Below are positions 35,951 through 46,998 of a stretch of DNA of 64,000 nt, one piece after another. Position 1 is the first letter of the stretch. Every line of letters begins with the position of its first letter. The notes under the pieces are model-generated. The model saw only the letters and a program-made list of their open reading frames with translations. It was not told the DNA's origin and made no database searches. The position numbers were made by a program, and so were the translations under genes. The stretch comes from Macrostomum lignano (taxonomy: Eukaryota). The DNA is taken from the NCBI GenBank assembly GCA_002269645.1, contig NIVC01003073.1, positions 1 to 64,000 on the forward strand. Reading direction: 5' to 3'.

Positions 35951-37630
35951 CACAGGGCAAAGCAGTCAGCAAGCGAGTTGCAATCGGCTCTCTTAGAAAC
36001 CCCAGATGCGGTCCGGCAGCCCTACAGCATCAGACAGGCAACAAAAAAGCCAGTGCAAGCAGACGGTAGCAGCAGAGCTCCCGCAAGCAGTAGCAGACGG
36101 AGTGAAGCAAATTCTTTCAACGAATTGAACTGGCGCCAAAAAATTTCCATTTGCCACCAACCGAGCATCACAAAGTGCAAATACCGTAAAGCCCCCCTCT
36201 TGCCCTGGCTCCGGTGGAAAATTGAATTACACTAAGAAACGGTTCAGTTCGGAATTTCCCAGCTACCATACAGTGAGCTTATCTCTACTTCTTGAGGGTT
36301 GGCCAACTTTTGCCCTTTGCTGCCGGCCAAATGAGAAAGAAATGGCGTGAGAATAGATGACTGATGAGAGAGGACAGCCGAGAGATGGGAAAGAGGATCG
36401 AGAGGAGAGGAGAAAGTGTTGTGTCGTGACTAGGAGCCCGTAAAAGGGCCGTTCGTCTAACTAACCTTTTCTTACTACTCTACTTTAAGTAGTGCAGTTA
36501 ATAAATTATTCGTATATTGTATTGTGAAACGTATTTTTAATCACGTGACATTATGGCGGTTGAATTTATCGATCGTGTAACAATTTACTGCTAAATAACA
36601 AATATAAGCGCGGGTTGCCCTAAGTGGAGCTCGCACTTTTTTTCCGGCAAAAAGTCTTACCTGCCACGTACTCGTGTTTCCTGTGTTAGTCTGTTGAGAC
36701 ACCACAGAAAGGAGAGAGAGAGAGAGAGAGGATCGAGAGGGGAGAGCCGAGAGATAGGAGAGGAGAGGAAAGGAGGGAGAATAGAGGGGTGTGAAGGAGA
36801 AAGAAGAGGAGAGAGGGGTGAGTAGGGCAAAGAGAGAAAAGGAGAGGTGAGAAGGGGAAAGAGAAGAGGTGAGGTGAGAAGAGAGAAGATGGGAGAGGAG
36901 CGATGAGAAGGGGAGAGCAGAGAGCTGAGAAAAGGCAAACCCTGAGCGGGCCGGATTGCTATTGTGAAGTTTCAAAGGAACCCGAGGGCTGGATAGAGGC
37001 TTAGCGGGCTGCGTATGCCGAACCCTGGATCAGCTGATAAGAACGGAGCGAGTACAATTTTCATTGAATATTTTGTCAACAACAATGATTAAATGAGTAT
37101 GTACAAAGGAAATCAAGTCCATACGGTGTGCCAGTTTATTATTCAATGCAGCTCAGGTGACAGACAGACAGAGGCAATGCAGACTGGTTGGGAAATATAA
37201 TATACGTGCTTAATAACTAATCATTTATTTGTACTTTTATACCAATAGCTTCTATTATAATAATTGAGTGCGCTAATCACACTACTGACAGTGGGCTAAG
37301 TAGTCAGTAAGAGATTTTAGTGAATTTTCCAATCATCAATTTTACTCTCAGCTAAAAAAATTTAAGATATATTTGACAAGTAAAACAAATTAAAAATGTT
37401 TCTGGATAGCAAGCGCACCAATTTAAATTGTTGATTAATAAAAAACTGATAAAAACAAAAACAAACGCCAGATGAAATTCTACACCGACTTAGGGTCACA
37501 CAAAAAACCCACTGCAGGTGCTGACGACAGACCGGAGGCAGGTTGAGGCTGCGGGACCCCAGGCAGATCCGAGGGCCGATCAGATTTGACAGACGCGGCA
37601 ACCATCGTCAATTGTCACCGCACAGGGCTG

Positions 37631-40600
37631 TCAGAAGTAAATGTCCTGCACCTGCGAGGTCTCCATCTCCATCGGGCAGTACGGGCACTTGAACCTGCGG
37701 GGCGGACTGCGGGTTGTAGCTTTAAAAATCCCACACAACACAATTCTCAAATCCCACACAACAAAAATCCCTAGATCCCACACAACACGATTCCAAAATC
37801 CCACACAACACGATTCCAAAATCCCACACAACAAAATCCCCAAATCCCACTCAACAAAATCCCCCCAATCCCACACAGCAAAATCCCCCAAATCCCACAC
37901 AACAAAACCCCTAATCCCACACAACCAAATCTTCAAATCCCACACAACAAAAATCCTTAAATCCCACACAAGCAAATCTTCAAATCCCACACAACAAAAA
38001 TCCCTAACTCTCACACAGCACAATCCCCAAATCCCACATAGCTAAATACCCAAATCCCACACAACTAAATCCCAAAATCCCACACAACTAAGTCCCCAAA
38101 TCCCACACAACAAAATCCCCAAATCCAACACAACTAAATCCCTAAATCCCACACAGCAAAATCCCCAAATCCCACACAACTAAATCCCAAAATCCCACAC
38201 AACAAAAATCCCTAAATCCCACACACACAATCCCCAAATCCCACACACCACAATCCCCAAATCCCACACAACAAAAATCCCTAACTCACACAGCACAATC
38301 CCCAAATCCCACATAGCTAAATACCCAAATCCCACACAACTAAATCCCAAAATCCCACACAACTAAATCCCCAAATCCCACACAACAAAATCCCCAAATC
38401 CAACACAACTAAATCCCTAAATCCCACACAGCAAAATCCCCAAATCCCACACAACTAAATCCCAAAATCCCACACAACAAAATCCCTAAATCCCACACAC
38501 CGCAATCCCCAAATCCCACACAACTAAATCCCAAAATCCCACACAACTAAATCCCCAAATCCCACACAACAAAATCCCCAAATCCAACACAACTAAATCC
38601 CTAAATCCCACACAGCAAAATCCCCAAATCCCACACAACTAAATCCCAAAATCCCACACAACAAAATCCCTAAATCCCACACACCGCAATCCCCAAATCC
38701 CACACAACAAAAATCCCCGAATCCCACACAACTAAATCCCCAAATCCCACACAACAAAAAAACCCTAAATCCCACACAGCAAAATACCCAAATCCCACAC
38801 ACCAAAATCCCTAAATCCCACACACCAAAATCCCCAAATCCCACACAGCACAATCCCCAAATCCCACACAACAAAAATCTCCAAATCCCACACACCAAAA
38901 TCCCCAAATCCCCAAATCCCACACACAAAAATCCCCAAATCCCACACACCAAAATCCTCAAATCCCACACAGCACAATCCCCAAATCCCACATACCAAAA
39001 TCCCTAAATCCCACACAGCACAATCCCCAAATCCCACACAGCAAAATCTCCAAACCCCACGCACTTAGATGACGCATTCGCCAGCTTGGCAACGGCATCC
39101 CTGGAGATGGCGTGGCCGCAGACCAGCCGCACAGGCGGGTTGGCATCGGAGGTCTGGGCCCGCAGGATCGGGCAGGCGAAGACGCTGTGAAAGCGCAGCT
39201 CGTCGCCCAAGTCGATGTCGATTGGCAGCTCGCCGGTGATGGCGGCGCCGAGGTTCCGCTGGTTCATCACCGTCTGGATGTTCAGCAGAGGCGGCAGGGC
39301 GGCGCAGCCGGCGTTGATGGCCACGGAGAGTGGCAGGTCCTTGGCGAAGCCCAGCATCTTGTTGGCCTCGGACACCAGCAGCTGGGACAGCTCGTGGTAC
39401 AGGCGGGACTCGAACAGGTCCTGCGGTTTGGGGATTCGAGCTCTGGGACTGTGGTTTGGGGATTCGAACTCTGGGACTGTGGTTTGGGGATTCGAACTCT
39501 GGGACTGTGGCTTGGGGATTCGAACTCTGGGAATGTGGTTTGGGGATTCGAACTCTGGGAATGTGGCTTGGGGATTCGAACTCTGGGACTGTGGCTTGGG
39601 GATTCGAACTCTGGGACTGTGGTTTGGGGATTCGAACTCTGGGACTGTGGTTTGGGGATTCGAACTCTGGGACTGTGGTTTGGGGATTCGAACTCTGGGA
39701 CTGTGGTTTGGGGATTCGAACTCTGGGACTGTGGTTTGGGGATTCGAATTCGTATTAGGGAATCGAGCTCTTAGAATTAGGATTTAAAATCTTAGATTTT
39801 TTAAGTTTCAGGCTTATCTGCCTGGGATCCGAAATCGTACACCTGGGATTTGAACTCTTACCCCTGGGATCCGAAATCGCATACGTGAAATTTTCAATCA
39901 TAGGATTCCAACTCCTGGGACTAGATAGTTGAATCCCAGGACCAATGAATGACGGGAGCCATCAAGCCCCCCCCCTAAGCCGACCCCAGCGCCAACCTTG
40001 TACGGCGAGCTGTGCAGGCTACGCCGCACGAAGGCCAGCGAGCCCATCAGGCGACGAATGTCGGCATCGCAGGCTGGCGAGAAGGCGGCCAGCAGGCGGG
40101 CCTGCTGCAGGATGGCCTCCGGCTTGGCGTCCTCGCTGGACACGAGCTGCACCAGCTGCAGGCGCCTGATGAGGAACTCCAGGTAGCGGCCAGTCTCCTC
40201 GCTGCTGAGTGACTTCTGGTTGTCCTGCAGCCACTGCAGCGCCGGCTCCAGCTGCCGCTTGGCCAGGGCCTCCACCACGTGGTTAAGCTCGGCGTAGGCG
40301 GGCAGGTGCGACTCCTCATAAGCCAGGCCAGCCTCCCTGATCAGCTCCTGCGCCACCTCCATGGAGCCCTCCCGGATCAGGTGCTCGCAGATGGCAGTGT
40401 TGAGCACCTGGGGCGGGGATTAGTCATTCACAACTTTTTAGATAATCCGTCATGTTCAGCTCAGAGATAATCCGTCATGCTTAACTCAGAGATAATCCGC
40501 TGCTTAACTCAGAGATAATCCATCTTAACTCAGAGATAATCTCTCAACTCAGCCATAATCCGTCATACTCAGCTCAGAGATAATCCATCAAACAGCTGAC

Positions 40601-43534
40601 ACCTAATCCGCCTTAGTTACCTGCAGCTTCTCAGCATCGGACTCCAGCTGAGCTGACGAAAGCGATTCGGGCAGCTCGGTGACAAAGGACTTGTCAATTA
40701 ATTTGCCCATCTTAGACAGCGGGGCGTGCAGCTCCCTGTGGCGCTTGCTGGCCTCAGAGAGTCGCTTCTTGAGCCGCTGGTGCAGCTGCTGCAGGCGCAG
40801 GCGGGTGCTGGGCTCCACGCTGCAATCACCGCCAGACTCTGCAAGATTGCGAGTCCAAAAACATGCATTTAGAATGCACAAGGTTGGGTTGAAGTGCTAT
40901 TTTGATCTGTAAGCAATTTGCACCTGCTTGCCAACATATTGCAACTTGTGAGCTTTTCAACTTGCCAGATATGACATGGAGTTCTCTTTAAAGGAGTGAT
41001 ATGCACTAACTACTAACATCCCTAAAAAATAACAAACTATATACAGGCAAGCACCCATACACACTCACGAGTCACAAGGTTCTCATTGGCTCCAAATTTC
41101 TAATTGCATGGCTATGAATTGCATGACAACCCCACAAGCCCACAGTTTTCTAATGCCAGACTATGATTAACATTGAGAAGATAGACTAGCATCTAACAAA
41201 GAACTTCTAGATTATAATTAGCAATTAAAGTTATTTATATTATAGTTAAAAGTTGCTGAAACTTATGGATTTTGCTTCTGCTGAATTTTAATCCCCAGAA
41301 CTATTTTGCATGCATTCTTAAATCAAAATTCATACTTGCATCATTCTTGTAGCTTTCTAATATTCAATGTCAAAAAATCTATGCAAAAAGTAAACTTAAG
41401 CTTTGAGCTCCTATATAGCAGTTACAATTGATAAGAGCCTAACATTAGGATTGACTTCTAGTTGGTCATTACCAATTTGTAACAGATTGATAAAAAAGTG
41501 ATAAGCTATTGCATCTTAATCAATTCTCAATTATAGCTATTTAACTGATTAGAAAATCAGTTAGTAATATATTGGCTAACAATCCACTTGGATAACAGCC
41601 ATTTTGGTAACAGCCACTTTGGTAACAAAAAATGACCACTTTGGTAACAGCCACTTCAGTAACAAGTGAGAATAATAAATATGTATTGATTGATATGCTC
41701 CAAAAGAATGTGCGAACAAACTTTAAAGAAAGAACAACAAAACACATTTGTACCTGCATGTGTTTACGAAGGAGAAAAGATAAATAAGGGAGTAGAGAAG
41801 AGAGAGAAATGAGAAGAGAAGGAATAGAGGAGAGAGAAGCAAGAGAAGGGAGAGAGGAGAGAATAGAGTGATGAAAGATCAGAGATGAGAGATGAAAGAG
41901 TGGAGAGGAGAAATTAGTAAGGAGAAAAAAGAGGATAAAAATGAGAGTGCAGGGCACAGGTAGAGGTCACAAACCCAGGATTCCGGGATCCCAAAATCCT
42001 GGGATTTAGACATTTTTTGATTATGGGATCCTAGGATTAAAAGTCGGGATTATGTTTGGATTTGGGATTTAAATATTGAAATGTGAAAAGTAGAAACTGA
42101 GTTACTGAAATAGTAAAAATTAAGATATTATGATTAATTTATGATGGTATAGTACATATGCATATGCACTGTGCTGTGCACTGTGTATTGTATAGTCAGT
42201 CAAGAAAGACAGTATGGATAAAACAAACTCCAATTGCAATCATTGGTCAGACTTAGAGGCAGCACTAGTAGGCAGACCCTGGCTCTTGGGATAGGGAGAG
42301 AAATGAAACTTGCTAAGATAGGTTGGGGTGGGGTCTGGGCTCTGGGTATATGATTGGGTTTGGTTGGCTAGATAGGCTAGAGAGGAATGAGAGCTTTGTG
42401 TATATATGTATACCATAGTGTATATACACTTTATTGACTTTAACAATCTGCTCTGCCTTTGTATGAGGTGGTAGGTGCAGGGAGACCTGGAAGGTAGATG
42501 GCTGCAAGATAAGGCTGGGCCACTGAAGGCCTCTTTCCTAGTTGTGTTTTGTTTACCCCAAGTTCTTGTTTCTCTTGTCATTTAGATCAAAGTGGAACTT
42601 AGAAGATCAATAAGTTACTTGATGCTTAATAGATATGATTTAGGCCTAATTGTATGATGCAACTCCTATGAAGACTCTGAACTCAACTCAGAACACTAAA
42701 TATATGATATGGTAGCAATATAGTGCTATTGCTATGCAATGAAAGCTAAAGTCGCTAACATATTTATGTTAATAATAACAATTATGAGCAACGAGCAAGC
42801 TAAATGGTGTTAAAAACGTGTGAAAATGCACAAATAGGATGCTTGTTTTGTTACCAAAATCAGAATTTATGACATAATCAAGGTAAACTAGGAGGAAATC
42901 TCTAATCCCAAAGTCAATCCTGGGATCCTAGGATTTTTTGTTTTTAAATATTGGGATCCTGGGATTAAAAAGAGGGGATTTTGCAACCCCTAGACACAGG
43001 TATTTAAAAGGCTTTATAAAGGATATGATATGGACAATGGGATTCAAATCATAGAATTTCAGCTGATGGATTCCAAGGAATAGAATTCCAGTGATGGGAG
43101 TTCTTCCCCTTTCTTCTCTAGAGGAGTTCCACTCATAAAAACTAAATGCTAGAAGATAAAATTAAATTAATAAATAGGGCCTAACTAATATCCTATATTC
43201 TTTATACAAGTTCATTCAAATTATTTAGTTCTGCTAGGTTTACATAAACTATCTAAGGACCAAAAATTTGGGCCTGGGCCTAGATACTTGCTATTAGAAC
43301 TAAGGCAAACTAGGCCTACTATATTATTATAAAAGTAGGGGCCTATAACAATTAATTAAGATTAACTTGATTCTCAATTTACTTACCATCAATTGCAGCA
43401 GATTTTGACAGAAATGCTTGACACTCTTCAAGTAGCTGATTTAGATCAGAATCGAAGTTAGACTTGTAGCTAGAAAAATCTTTGTAAAGTTTATCAAAGT
43501 CATTATAAAGAGCATCCAGCGATTGTTGAGTCAT
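37631..43534 (-). CDS. RMND5: RMND5/GID2-like E3 ligase subunit of the CTLH/GID complex, 5 exons, 398 aa
   Basis: Exons 43534-43387, 40838-40621, 40407-39997, 39420-39065, 37694-37631 (148+218+411+356+64=1197 nt), all GT-AG with matching phases. Shows HRELHAPLSKMGKLIDKSF, LisH/CTLH (AICEHLIREG, ALQW), CRA, and degenerate RING FHSVFACPIL...RLVCGHAISRDA...FKCPYCPME. Confidence 0.95.
37735..39060. repeat. ~22-24-bp minisatellite (AAATCCCACACAACAAAATCCCC) filling RMND5 intron 4
   Basis: Direct inspection. Confidence 0.95.
39425..39745. repeat. 28-bp minisatellite (CTCTGGGACTGTGGTTTGGGGATTCGAA) in RMND5 intron 3
   Basis: Direct inspection. Confidence 0.95.
40435..40590. repeat. Degenerate ~24-bp repeat (CAGAGATAATCCGTCATGCTTAACT) in RMND5 intron 2
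   Basis: Direct inspection. Confidence 0.8.
41961..42992. mobile_element. Non-autonomous hAT-type element (MITE) in RMND5 intron 1
   Basis: Imperfect TIRs TAGAGGTCACAAA / TAGGGGTTGCAAA (10/13). 8-bp TSD GGCACAGG / GACACAGG (7/8). Subterminal GGGATT/AATCCC motif clusters at both ends. Confidence 0.75.
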
Positions 43535-43843
43535 TTGTTACAACTAAACTAATAAGTCTAAAATAATAAAAATTTTAATTAGGCCTACGAATTTACGACT
43601 CAGACTTATATAGCTATCGCAGAAATGAAATGCAAGTAAATAATAGGATTATTAAAACACAAAATTTCTGATTTCTATTTCCAGTCTTTTAGTTGCTTGC
43701 CAGAGTCAGAGTGCAGCAGGATAGAATAAAACTTAATTGACCAATTATTGAGTATGAGTTCAACTTCATAAACGTTTATTTAGTCTGTATAAACATACAT
43801 AACTTACTTAGAGCAATAAGAGGAGCTTTTTGTTCATTTTATA

Positions 43844-44044
43844 CTAGTGGTATGCGGCGATAACATTTTTTTTAGCTTTTATCAACACAAAAAATTCGTT
43901 ATAGTCATATAAATATTTTAAACTAGCAATTTTCTTCGAACACACCTTCTTCGAAGAGTGTAATGCTAATGCATTTAAGGAATCAAGTTCTTTGCTTTTA
44001 ATCCCTCCGAAGTTTTTTGCTTTCATTTTCTTGTTATCTGCCAT
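43844..44044 (-). CDS. Small Lys-rich ORF (66 aa) upstream of RMND5, same strand
   Basis: ATG-initiated 66-codon ORF in very AT-rich DNA, followed by AATAAA (43780-43775). No homology recognised. Confidence 0.3.
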   Translation of the reverse strand: MADNKKMKAKNFGGIKSKELDSLNALALHSSKKVCSKKIASLKYLYDYNEFFVLIKAKKNVIAAYH

Positions 44045-44138
44045 AGAAGTCCTAGGGCCTAGTTCTGTTAAGAAAATAAATATTTAAGCTCCATTTCAAT
44101 GACCCGCTTGCTTGCGCAACCTTGGAATCACTCGGCGT

Positions 44139-44262
44139 CGGCCGTTTCTATTGGCAACACTGCAACACACACATGTAAGTCGCTATTGGCTGAGAGCAGT
44201 GACGTGACTACTATTCCATCCAATAGCGACTTACATGTGTGTGTTGCCAATAGAAACGGCCG
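44139..44262. promoter_or_regulatory. Inverted repeat with four CCAAT boxes between the divergent RMND5 and PRDM10-like genes
   Basis: 43-bp arms (left arm has an 8-nt insertion) around a 30-nt spacer containing GTGACGTG. ATTGG twice in the left arm, CCAAT twice in the right arm. Confidence 0.6.
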
Positions 44263-45562
44263 GGTGAATCCCTGGGTTGCGCCCAAGCATGTTCTGGACT
44301 GTTATAAGACTACCCGATTTAGATATTAGACTACTGAGAGATCAGAGATGTCGATGTCGAGAATCTTGTCCCCCAGCTCCAGTTCCTGGCTGGGCCCATT
44401 CTGGCAAAAGTTTTTATTTTTTGTCATTCTACTTGTGACGAATTTATTCTATTTATCTCTTACCTGATCATTCCAAGATTTTTCAAGGTCCAATATTGAA
44501 TATGATTATCCATATCAACATGCAATTTTTGGCCTAGGCCCTCAGCCTAGTCATGATTTATATTATATTTTATAATATATAATATGACATAGGCCTATTA
44601 TTTTACTGTGTACAGTGCATATGCAATGAATGCATATCATGCCATAGTCAGCAAGGTGGCATTTTTCTTTGAATTTTATAGCATAAAAATTGTATCTGCT
44701 ATAAAGATTAAATAAAATGAATATTTTAGTTGACTTGATTCAAATATTGAACAGAACTGATTCAAATACCAGATATTGAATATGATTATGAATATTAGGC
44801 CCTAATAATATTGAATATAAATATTTTAGTCTTTAATATTTTCACCTTGATACTCATTAGACATTAGTCACTTGTCAGCCAGGATAGAATTCTTAGACAA
44901 AAGTAGTTACATATTTGTGCATGCTAAAAAGGCCTACTTGCAGGCACTTTAAAGCTATATGCCTAAGCATATTATATTTGTGCATTCTTAGGCAAAAAGC
45001 TTTTTGTTGCCAAATCATAGGCTTTGACTTTTACTTGTATACAACATGGTTATTTTTAGCTAATATAATACATATTTGTATGCCATCCCAAGAATATGCA
45101 TGTGCATTTTCTTTCCCCTAAGCAAGACTTTTATCCAGGATTATTAGTAGTTGTCAAAGTAACTATTTGGTAGTTAGATTGTCAACTTTCTATTTTGATC
45201 TTATAAGTCTTATAAAATGAGATGCAACTTGTATACTAAGTATCTACATTAATAAATCCATAGTTGGTTTTATTTTTAAGCTTTTGCTGCAAGAAAATTG
45301 ATAAACTACTATCATTTGTGCCAGTCTTATATGAGGCTTATCACTTATATTATATACCTAACATAATGAACAGGAGTAGAGGGTAGCAGCTATATTTGAA
45401 TGTTGCAAAAAAACTGACAATGATAATATAGCTTTATATAGGAGTTTTTTCTGTTAATGAAGTTGAATTCTTTCATTCTTTCATGTAAAAAATAAAATGA
45501 TTAAATATATAAAAAAGAAATGAATGAGAGAACAAGTATTAACTTGTTTTCATTTACTTATA

Positions 45563-45700
45563 TTTAATTACCAATGCATTTTGACCCTTGTAAGTCATTG
45601 TCAGGGCAGTAATGAAATTGAAAATTACCACCAATTTCCTGGGACACCTCCATGCGGAATGTGGTCCTAAGCTGCATGTTGAAGCTTTTTTGAACAGTTT
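45563..45700 (-). mobile_element. Inverted fragment of a Penelope-like pseudo-LTR with a decayed hammerhead ribozyme (45608-45569)
   Basis: 45563-45624 is the reverse complement of ~46525-46586. Confidence 0.65.
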
Positions 45701-46049
45701 TTTTCACTTTTTTCTTGAACTCTGTTGCAACTTTCCTAGTCATTTCTTAGTTCACCTTTATTTGTCTCTGTTTACTCTGTTTTCTCTCTCTCTGTCTTGC
45801 TTAATCTTGTTATTCTTCTCTCTCTCTCCCTTGCTGCCTTCTGATTGGCTCTCCATTCTTGCCTATCTCTTCAGTCGCGCACTTTACCCCTCTCCTTATT
45901 ATCTGGAGTCTAAATTAGTCATATAAATATACTTGTTTGGGCCCTGTGCTCACTTACTAGCTTATCTTAGATTCAATTTAACTCTAATTTAAATATCTCA
46001 TAGTTTAGTCTTAGTATTTTCTCTACAAACTCAATCGAGCACAGTGTCC

Positions 46050-46590
46050 CAGTATGTCTGCAACTTGAAGTCCCATGTGCCTTGGCCTCTCAATGTAGGT
46101 GTTGTTTATAAATTTCACTGCTCTAGTGACTAGAGTATTTTGTACATTAGAAAAATTAAGCAACACTTGTACACTAGGGTCAAGGAGCACTGGACCAAAA
46201 GATCTGCTGTACAGGAGCACCTTCTCACATGCAACTCATGCTGTAACAGCAAGCCAATTGATTTATTTAAGATTATCTATTTTTGCCACCATGAGCACAC
46301 TTTGAACAATCTTAGAGGCTATGTACATCAAAGATCAGAACCTAAGCCTAAACTGCCAGCTAGCTATGGGGGGGGGTGCCAGCCGCGTACTCAGCATGTT
46401 TTAGCTTGGAGTATACATTACTGCACCGTGTGTTAGAACTTGTTTCAATTGAAAACTACGTACACGAATTTATATTGTGTATTCACTATATTATAGGCAC
46501 ATTTATTCAACTGTTTATTAAACTTTTCAATTTCATTACTGCCCTGACGATGACCTACAAGGGTAAAAATGCATTGGCAATTAAATTAAA
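46050..46590 (+). mobile_element. Penelope-like element 3' remnant: degenerate GIY-YIG endonuclease plus pseudo-LTR hammerhead (46540-46579)
   Basis: Translation NLKSHVP..NVGVVYKFHCSSD*SILYIRKIKQHLYTRVKEH....SAVQEHLLTC fits the PLE GIY-YIG pattern VVYKFxC..YIGxTxRHLxTRxxEH, with an in-frame stop. Confidence 0.8.
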
Positions 46591-46998
46591 GTAAATAAAA
46601 ACAACTTAATGTTTGTTCTCTTATTCGTTTTATTCCTATTTATTAAGTGAGTTACTCTACCAGAATAAAAAGAAAATAATGTACAATTTGTCAGGTTATG
46701 GCAGGATTTTTGGAAGTTACATTCTACTTTTTAATGATAAATACAATGATAGACATGTTGCTATTCAAATTTTCTACTTTTCAAATGAAATACAATTATG
46801 CCTAAAATATAAGTGATTCTTTTTGTGCTAGACCATTTATACTGAATCATTTTTTTCTAGTGGTTTTGATGCCAGGCCATATATGCCAAGGCTAATAAAA
46901 ATATAGGTAAAAGATTAGATTTAATAAAAAAACATTTATTACATTTTATTTGAACATAATTAATCTTTTGTTACTTTTTATATGCTGCTTGCATACAG

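Noticed and set aside
11961-36975. Many long ORFs with periodic translations (SCPVL, LSVC, RSEIGDQ, SDAMQSV, etc.)
   Set aside because: They are read-throughs of stop-free tandem repeats, often open in several frames and on both strands, with no splice or domain support.
44289-44410. Candidate first coding exon of the PRDM10-like gene
   Set aside because: The donor is weak (GTTTTT), and no phase-compatible frame gave a PRDM zinc-knuckle-like sequence.
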